Shown here: piece after piece, positions 11,101-20,100 of the stretch
How the letters are laid out: each line of letters starts with the position of its first letter
Position numbering within the stretch: the stretch's first letter is position 1
Assembly: GCF_964355755.1 (NCBI RefSeq)
Contig: NC_092670.1
Span: forward strand, 19,702,795 to 19,766,794
From: Antedon mediterranea
Taxonomy: Eukaryota > Animalia > Echinodermata
Direction of reading: 5' to 3'
DNA: 64,000 nucleotides
The notes under the pieces: model-generated
What the model was told of the DNA's origin: nothing
Seen by the model: only the letters and a program-made list of their open reading frames with translations
The model's database searches: none
Made by a program: the position numbers and the translations under genes

Positions 11101-14100
11101 TATCAAATCATTGTACAAATGCGAGAGTTCGTGGGCTCCAGTGTCCCGGTTCATGGTCTTCTCTTTATTTCTCCTTATATGTAATGATTCTCTAATCTGT
11201 CTGTCTTTGCGTTTAGGCTCTTTGGTTAAGATGGTAGCCTCCCAGTTCGGTACATGATTGTGTTTTATGACATGTTCTGTAATGGCAGATTTGTGTATGA
11301 TCGAAGATGTGGATGTTCTGGAGGCCCTAGTCATTACTCCCCCCGTGTTTGTTGTAACATCTTTTTTGTGATCATTAATTCGTGTTTGTAATGCCCTCCC
11401 TGTTTCCCCAATGTAAACTTGTGGACAGTTGCGGCAGGTGACTTCGTAGATTACTCCACATGTATCCATCTTCTCGATTTTATCTTTTGGGTGGACGAGG
11501 CTATTCTTGATTTTATTTTGGGGTAGGAAATAGGTTCCGACATTGTGATAGGAGAGAGTGCGTCGTATTCTTTCTGCCATTCCTTTTACATAGGGGATTC
11601 CTATGCTACCTCGCATCTTGATCTTTTCCTTCTGTGGTTCGTGTCCTTTGTTCTTTTTCCTTTTTCGGTTTTCCATAACTCTCTGGAAGGACCACTCTGG
11701 ATACTGGCAGTTGTGTAACGCTTTCTTGATGTTATCCATCTCAACTTTCCTCAAATCCATATCTCCCACTACCTTCTCAGCTCTGTCCACAAGCGTGTTT
11801 ATAAGCCCCAGTTTGTGTTCGAGTGGATGATGTGAGTTGAAATGTAAATATTGGTCTGTGTGAGTGGGCTTCCGATAGACTGAGGTGGTAACTGTTCCAT
11901 TGTCATTGAGTGTGATGAGCATGTCCAGGAAAGGTATTGTGTTGTTTGTCATCGATTCTGTGGTGAACTTGATATTGTCAGTTATATCGATGTTATTAAG
12001 ATGTGTGTTAAATGTATGTACTGTACCTATGGGGATGATAGCTAATACATCATCAACGTATCGTCGGGGAGTAATGACTAGGGCCTCCAGAACATCCACA
12101 TCTTCGATCATACACAAATCTGCCATTACAGAACATGTCATAAAACACAATCATGTACCGAACTGGGAGGCTACCATCTTAACCAAAGAGCCTAAACGCA
12201 AAGACAGACAGATTAGAGAATCATTACATATAAGGAGAAATAAAGAGAAGACCATGAACCGGGACACTGGAGCCCACGAACTCTCGCATTTGTACAATGA
12301 TTTGATAGACACATCACCTGGCCGAGCCCCGCACAACCTCCAACCTACAACCGGAGGCGTACAACGTCATCAACAGATGACGTCAAGAATGACCAAGCTG
12401 CATTAACACTCCGCAGTCAGTTGAGAAGGATCTCTGATAGAGATCGAAACGTTCGAGTAAGTACTCCGTTAACTTGTGCTTTTACAAAAACGAAATTTGT
12501 CATCTATAATTTGTGTATTTTCACCAAATGCATTGGAATATAATGAACAAAAATTACAATTATGTGTTTAAAGTAATTTGGCACATACTCTACTTTTTTA
12601 CTACTCTATTTTAATATGGTAACAATTTGCACTCCTGGGTGGCAGCATGACCTTAAAAGTGTTAAATCTGAGATTGCCTTCAGTTGCAAATCCAGGTTAT
12701 TTTAAACAAGGGAGCATTAATATTATTACTGTTTCAAAAATTTATATCAAATATTAGTTTATCATTTCATTTTAGCTGTCAAATGGGGAAGCACACCATA
12801 TCCCTCAGATTATACCCCTCCTCTCACCCACTCTTTCCAATCGACTCTAGGCCCATTTACCCATACAAATCAGAAGAAGCAAGTAAATTAGAATTTTATA
12901 AAATGGAGAGATGCATCTGCAGACATTTGTCTCATTGGTAGACTCTGCTATCCAGCAGACATGTTTCAATATCCACCTGATATTCTACAGCATTACAAAC
13001 AGTCTGAAATCGATGTTAACATTTGCTACTTATGCAAATTTGTCTCTACTAGATTAAATTTTAAATCGTATTCACACTTGTAAAATATTAATTTAAACGT
13101 GAACTATTCCAACAACAATATTTCAATTTATTATAATGACAAATTGTGAAGTTTATTGTGAATCTCAAGGCCAAATCAACAGTTAAAACATTAATCACCT
13201 TCTCTACACAATGTTCAAGCTACTACCCATTTATTTAATGCAAAAATTATGCAATGTAAACAGCTACACATTATAGTGTCCTGTTCACACCAACAAAAAT
13301 CACATGATAGGTTTACAGACTTTATAGTGTTACTTTCACATGCGTGAAACCTGGTTTGCACCCATAGGTAGATTATAATAATATATTAAAAATGCATATT
13401 CTTCCTTTAGCATGTTAAGGATGGTTCACACAAAAACAGAAAAAAATATTAATTAGATTGGACTTGGTGCTCTGTGAGTTTGTTATGCACCTTTTACTTA
13501 TAACTTTTACACCACAATAAATTGTATTGCAGATTTGTTGGGGTCAAATAAGGCTGCAACCGCGAGTAGCAACGTACATAACAGCCGGTATCACGGTTCT
13601 AGATTTAAATGAGGCTGTGAGTACCAGTTTAAAAAAACGAGTATCCCCATTTTGGGGTCAAATTTAACTGCAACCCGAAAATACAGATGCAATGACAAGC
13701 TGGTATCATGATTTTTCTGCCAAAATGTATGTATAATAATACTTACCTCAGCTTCAGCATTTGCATAAAAAACATAACAAATGAAATTCTTTGAAATTGT
13801 ACAAGTTGTATCACTGAAAAACAAAATGATAAATGATGATTACAGTACCTTAACAATTTGCACCAGGTAGTTTTATTTTTGTAAAGTGCAACTATGTTAT
13901 TCACAAAATGTGGTTGTCGAAAAACAAGAGGGCTCCCTGGTACATACAGTAGAGCATATGTGTTTTTATGGGCAAAAAAGAGCCACAACCTAGGCCTCAT
14001 AACAAGACGTGCAGAAAGCAGGTGTTTAAGCCATCCGGTGCTGTTAGATGTGGTAGAAATAAACACAAAATTACAAGCTTACCCAGCTACATAAGCCAAG

Positions 14101-17100
14101 TAGTTCACAGCGTCCAATCTTCGACCACATGAAGAAATTTCTGGATAGGAATGTTGAAAAATGACATCATCATTGACAGGTGACTTTATTGAAACTTTTG
14201 TTTCGCCAAGGTGAAGACAGACAGGCTGAAAAACAGACACAGAATTATGCAAATTAACACACACACGCGTTGTAGATAACCAGAAACAAAATATTTGTTG
14301 TGGCACTTGCTTACCAATCCCAAGTTCTTTGGTTCAAATCCTGTTAAGCTCTGTCTACACTATCAAACTAGCTTGACAAAAAAGTGTGATGTGCTCAAAT
14401 ATGGCAGTGATATGCTTAAATATGGTAGTGATATGACATCATCATGTCCATATTACGTTTGTAGTGTAGACAGAGCTTTAGTGATTTTATATGTAATTGC
14501 AAATACAATGACAGTTAGCCTAAGCTTAATATGAGACTATTAAGAAAGCATAATAAATGGTTCCTATTCTGTAATTAGCAAGTCATGTACTTGATGGTGA
14601 AAACAAGTCTAACCAATGCTTGTAATAAATGGATGTTCAAGTCAAAGTACTTTTGTAAATATAAGAAGTTTGTCATGTATTCACTATAAATCATTTATAA
14701 ATCTGGTAAATTATAGTGACAGTTGTTACCTTGAAATTATCTTCATCTGTTCCATTAAGTTTCATAACTTTAGTAATTGCACTTTCTATTATATAAGTTC
14801 CACCATCCTGTAAATATAAGATACGTAATGATCTGTTAGATTATAAAAACTGAAATGAATTGAAAAATAAGGAAATCAATCAATTGTTACAGTAGATCGT
14901 TTGTTTAAAAATTCATTCTATGAAACAATAAATTCATTCAAACTAACTATGGCATTTGGAAGTCAATTCTGTTGTATGGTAGATAGGTAAGTAGCCTTAT
15001 ACCCTTCTGACACCTGCAAAAAGTAACAACTTGTTAACAAAACAATTTTGTGGAAAATCCCCCAAGATTTCACAGGACCCCTGTGAAATCTCGCGAGAAA
15101 AACACACCGATGAGAGGCATGTTTTTGTTTCGAGATAGTCCAAGTTCTTACTGCACGCGCGTGTATTGTCCTGGTATCATATGGACCAATCATAATAATC
15201 AAGTAGTGTGCAACTATGTTTTCTCCCAAGATTTCTCACGGTTCGCGTATGCTTGTAGGAAAACGTATAAAAAATCAGGAGATCAAACCTGGTTACAATT
15301 TGTTACAAGTTGTAAAAATGTATGCAGATGTGAAAAGAGTATTCGATAACAAAACTTAACCATAATGAGAAATTCCAAATCACCCATTGATATACTGGAA
15401 ATTAAATTATTTACAAAGGTTGACGATGAGAAAGAAATGGGAAGTGGCCGCAACCGAGATTTGAACATGGAATCTTCTGCTTGATATGCAGACATCCTAC
15501 CATTAGATTCATGGTATAGTTCAAATCTGATCAACTACCTAGATCTTTAACACCCTTTTGAAATTGTTTATGCTATACAAGGCATGTACATTTGCAGTGA
15601 TGCTCAATAACTCCTAGATTGCCGAGGTTGTTTTTGTGCTACTAAATGCAAATAACATTTTTGCTTACTTCTCCTACATTAATGTTGCCAACATATTTCA
15701 GTCTATATATGGTGCTGCAAGAAAGAAAACAATATTTACACCTGTAAATAAATGATTTTTTAATCATGTTTTTTTTTCTCTTTTTTTTCTCCTTTTCTAC
15801 TTGGATTATACTAGGTAATATGCAGTATTGATTTCAATATCCTACTAAATGTGGTATTATTATAACATATTGGAATCATTTGTAGTCAACCACCAGATAT
15901 ACTGATATACTGATACATTGCTCATATGACAATGGTTTCATCCAAGATTCAACAAGGCCAAGAGTCTTTGTCCTCGAATGAACGCTATTAATGAATAAAA
16001 AGCATTAACATAGCAGATTGTAAAGATACTTTCACATAGCAGATTGTAAGATCTTTTCCAAGTCCCTTGGGTTGTCTGTGTTTTTCCGATGAAACAATTA
16101 TCAGACTCAAGTCAGATTATTACGATCAAACACAAAAGCTATGCATCTTGAAATGGGAGGTCTAAACAGTGAGTATTTTACTTTTGCAGACTTAAATAAT
16201 TAAATGACTTAAATGATTAATTGTTAATGTCCATGTTACCTTTAATTTACACAATAACACTAAATCTATATCTGTAGAAATGCAAGTTAAAAACTGATAT
16301 TATAACACCTTCTTTTTTTATGATTGTTCATTTGCAATTTTCATAACATTAATGAATTAATTATGAATTATGTCTTACATAGAATTCAATAATTTTTCAA
16401 TGATATTGCATTACTTGATCAACACAGTAATTAAATGATTTGCTATTGAAACTGTAATATTTTTTTCAAACTATTTATCATATTAAAATTTCTATATTGT
16501 CGTATGTGTATTTTCATATTGAATAAATTGTTTTTAAATACAAAATATAAAGAAATTTTCCGTATAGTTGATTCTACCTTCCATCACTCGCAAGTTCTGG
16601 TTGCTGAGCCCCATTCCCTATGGATTCAGGATTACTTGGTCCCAGGTTACGGTCACGAGGCATGTCAAATTCGGGCATCTCGTCTTTAACATATCGCAGG
16701 CGTTCATAGATTGGTGGATATACTCTGCCATTTTTCATGTAACACTGGAAAAATTTAACAATGCTTACAATTATACACAGTTAAGCTCTGTCTACACTAT
16801 CAAACTCTATGTGACAAAAAAATGTGATGTGCCCATATATAAACATGATGATGTTATATCACTACCATATATGAGCATATCACTACCATCAGGGCACATC
16901 ACACTTTTGTTGTCCAACGAGTTTGATAGTGTAGACAGAGCTTAAGAAAAAAAAAGGATAGTAATGGAAGGATGGTAATGATAATGCTCATAGAATAAAG
17001 AATAGTAATAGAAGGATGGTAATGATAATGCTCATAGAATAATTATAGTTTACTGCAGTAATTACTGTTTAGTATATAGTAATTATAGTTTAATGCAGTA

Positions 17101-20100
17101 ATTACTGTTTAGTATATAGTAATTATAGTTTACACGTGTTATAATATAGTCTTCTGCAATAATTATAATCTACAACAGTAAATTTGAAAAGATGGAAACA
17201 ATGATGCTCATAAAATAATTATAGTTTACTGCAGTAATTACAGTTTATTATACAGTTTACATCTGTTATAATATAGTCTACTGCAGTAATGAAATAGTCA
17301 ACAACAGCAAATTTGGAAGGATGGCAATGATAATTCTCATAATATAATAATTTTAGTTTACTGCAGTAATTATTACAGTTTATTATACAGTTTACATCTG
17401 TTATAATATAGTCTACTGAAGTAACTATATAGTCTACATAGTATGTTTTCAGCAACACAATTATGTACAGTAAAATTCTTTTTTTTTAAATTAGGAGAAA
17501 CCTTCTACAATATTTTGACTGTTTACTAACCTTAACAACTGTTATATATATAGGCCAACCTTCATGGTCTTTTATTAGACGAGGAATCTGTAACATAAAA
17601 ATATATAAATTACTATTATTATTATTATTACTGTTCTAGTGGCATGCAAAGATACTAAGCAATTAAACCTACAGTAGCACAAGAGCTGAAATAAAAATAA
17701 AAATACTTTGTTTGTTTGTTTACCTTTCCTTTTGAGACGCCATGAAGATTTTCTCCAAACAGTTCATCAACCACATCACCAACTTCAATTTTATTCTGAA
17801 AAGATCAAAAATCTAACTTCAGCACTAATGCTATGGTTCATACTGCAATTTTCAAGTTCCGCACAACAGTATAAATAAGTTCCATAATAGAAAAAATTAC
17901 AGTAGAACACCGTCCTTCCACTTATCCCTTCATGAATGAATGAAAATGAATGAGGGAACATACATTTTACCTACGCTGGCATACAGAAGGCAAGGAGCTC
18001 ATTTGATACAGATTTTTACACAGAGTGGATAATATTTCAGCTGACTCTTTTTTTAGCTTGAAGATGTCAGAACATTGGTCATTCTTTCAAAATAAAATTT
18101 ATGTTTTCACACACAAATTGGATGAGAGACTCATTTGCTCGAAAAGCAATTATACTATGGAATCCATTACCAGAGGATGTAGTATCTTCAAGATCAACTA
18201 ATCAATTTAAGTCAGGTCTCGAACAGGCATGGTCCAACCACTGTTATTTTCAAGAGGGGCTTATAGGCATAGTCTAGCCTCAACTCCAGCAAATGTCTAT
18301 GGTCTTTCGCCATAATCGACACTCTTCTCATCTTCCATTTAAAGAACATACTACTCGTGCCCTTAAGATGTAACCTATAATTTATTACACTTATATTAAT
18401 TATTATAATAATAATTACAATAATCACTATAACAATAATTACAATTATAAAAAAAAATAATAACTACAACAGTATAGTAATGACTATAATTTGTATGTGT
18501 TTAAATTTTAAATGTAAATATGTATATGTTTGTATGATGTAGTATGTTTAAGCGGATATTAGCCCTTGATGGCATTTGCAGCAATAAAGAAATTTAATTG
18601 AATTGAATTGAAATGCTGAGCTCTGGAAACAAGTAAACAAGTAACACTACAGCCCACCCCTGTTCAAGGGGTCACTTAGTTAGGTCCCAAAGGTGTCCTC
18701 TTAATAGGGGTTGTGTAACCAAGTAACTAATAAATATACCAAAACAAACACATTTCTTACATTTTCCTCTGCTACACTTCCTGCCTCCACACTAGCGACC
18801 ACTGCTTTATTGCTGACGTGTTTCACGTATACACCCAGATCCTTACATGGTACCAACTCAAATTGCTTCATCACCCCCATCATCCATGTCTCATCCAAAA
18901 AACTAGCATTCTGAAAATGTTATAGATATATCTGTCAATGTCAAAAATAAATGTAAAGCATTATATTACACCTGATTGTATCGTTTCTATCTGATTGGTT
19001 AATTTTGTGTCACATGTTGTTCAGTATTCGTTCTACTGCACAGTCAAAGTTCTATTAAATGGTTCTCTATTGTGGATTCAGCTTTTTGACAAATTTTAGA
19101 ATTTGTATTTGTAATATGATGAACGAATAAAAGAATGTTGTTCAAAACAATGCTGGTTTTACTAAATCTAAACTCATGTCTTCAACATTGATTTAACATG
19201 GATGAAGTGGATTAAAGAAATAAAAATTTTATATATTTTCTACAGCTCACTATGTCGGTCAGTTGGTCGGTAACTCAAATTTGAGCACGCGACTGCAGCC
19301 ATGTATATGGCCTTGTTTTAAAACTAAAGAATGTAGTTGATCATACCTTTACATTTAAATCAAACTTTATTTCTGTTATAAGGAAAAGAAGAGACATCAA
19401 GGATTCTATGGGGAAAAACAAACACATCATTAAAGAAAATAATGTCTACTAAAAATTACAAAAATAGTACAGCAGAAAATGTAGTGATGGAGTGCATAAT
19501 AATAGAGAGCCGAAGGCTAAAGGGCGTACTCCTGACTGGAGGGGAAACCAACAAGATGGTGGCTGTAACTCTGTTTGAAAATATTATTTAGTATATAAAA
19601 TAGTAATTTAAAGTAAATAAAGACCACATAAATTCCAACACACATTGCTTTTAGTATGTTGTTGGTATATAGCATTTTTTGTATATGAGGAGCATGTAGA
19701 ATGCGTTCACATTTATACGATCGATGCAATGCGTATCGTACGTCAGAATGTAAAGAATATTTCTCACGATGATATGCTCAGCACAGGTGTAGTAGTGGCG
19801 TATCAAAAAGTGCAGCTGGTTGGTTCGCTCTCTATGAAGAATTACTCTTTGAACTGCTATAACATTGGAGTCTGCCCTCTAGCCAATCTATAAAACCTTG
19901 ATGGCTAATACCAGGGAAGAGTTACTCTTCCCTGCTAATACTCAGACTTGCCAGGTAGGTAAACAATGGAAGTAGAGATGGAATGCTAACCACCAACCAA
20001 AAGATATATTGCCAATAAAACTGACAGCTGCATACAACTCTTTTTCTTACCTATAAAGATTTCATTACCAATAATGGATAACTCTGGTTTATACCAGTAT

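Larger units (their letters stand above)
10871..12508 (-). mobile_element. Penelope-like retroelement (RT C-terminus + GIY-YIG endonuclease), 5'-truncated with an inverted 3' duplication
   Basis: Minus ORF: RYVDD RT motif, IPFLD, YRKPTHT.QYLHF.SHHP, GVIYEVTCRNC..YIGETGR. Inverted repeat 10900-11342 / 12066-12508. Direct repeat CTATAATTTGTGT at 10858-10870 and 12504-12516 (TSD). Confidence 0.93.

Noticed and set aside
11885-12406. 173-aa + strand ORF ending in Penelope C-terminal sequence
   Set aside because: Chimera of antisense RT sequence and the inverted duplicate of the element's 3' end; not an independent gene.
12684-12941. 85-aa + strand ORF or possible nested exon
   Set aside because: No recognisable homology and no phase-consistent partner exons.
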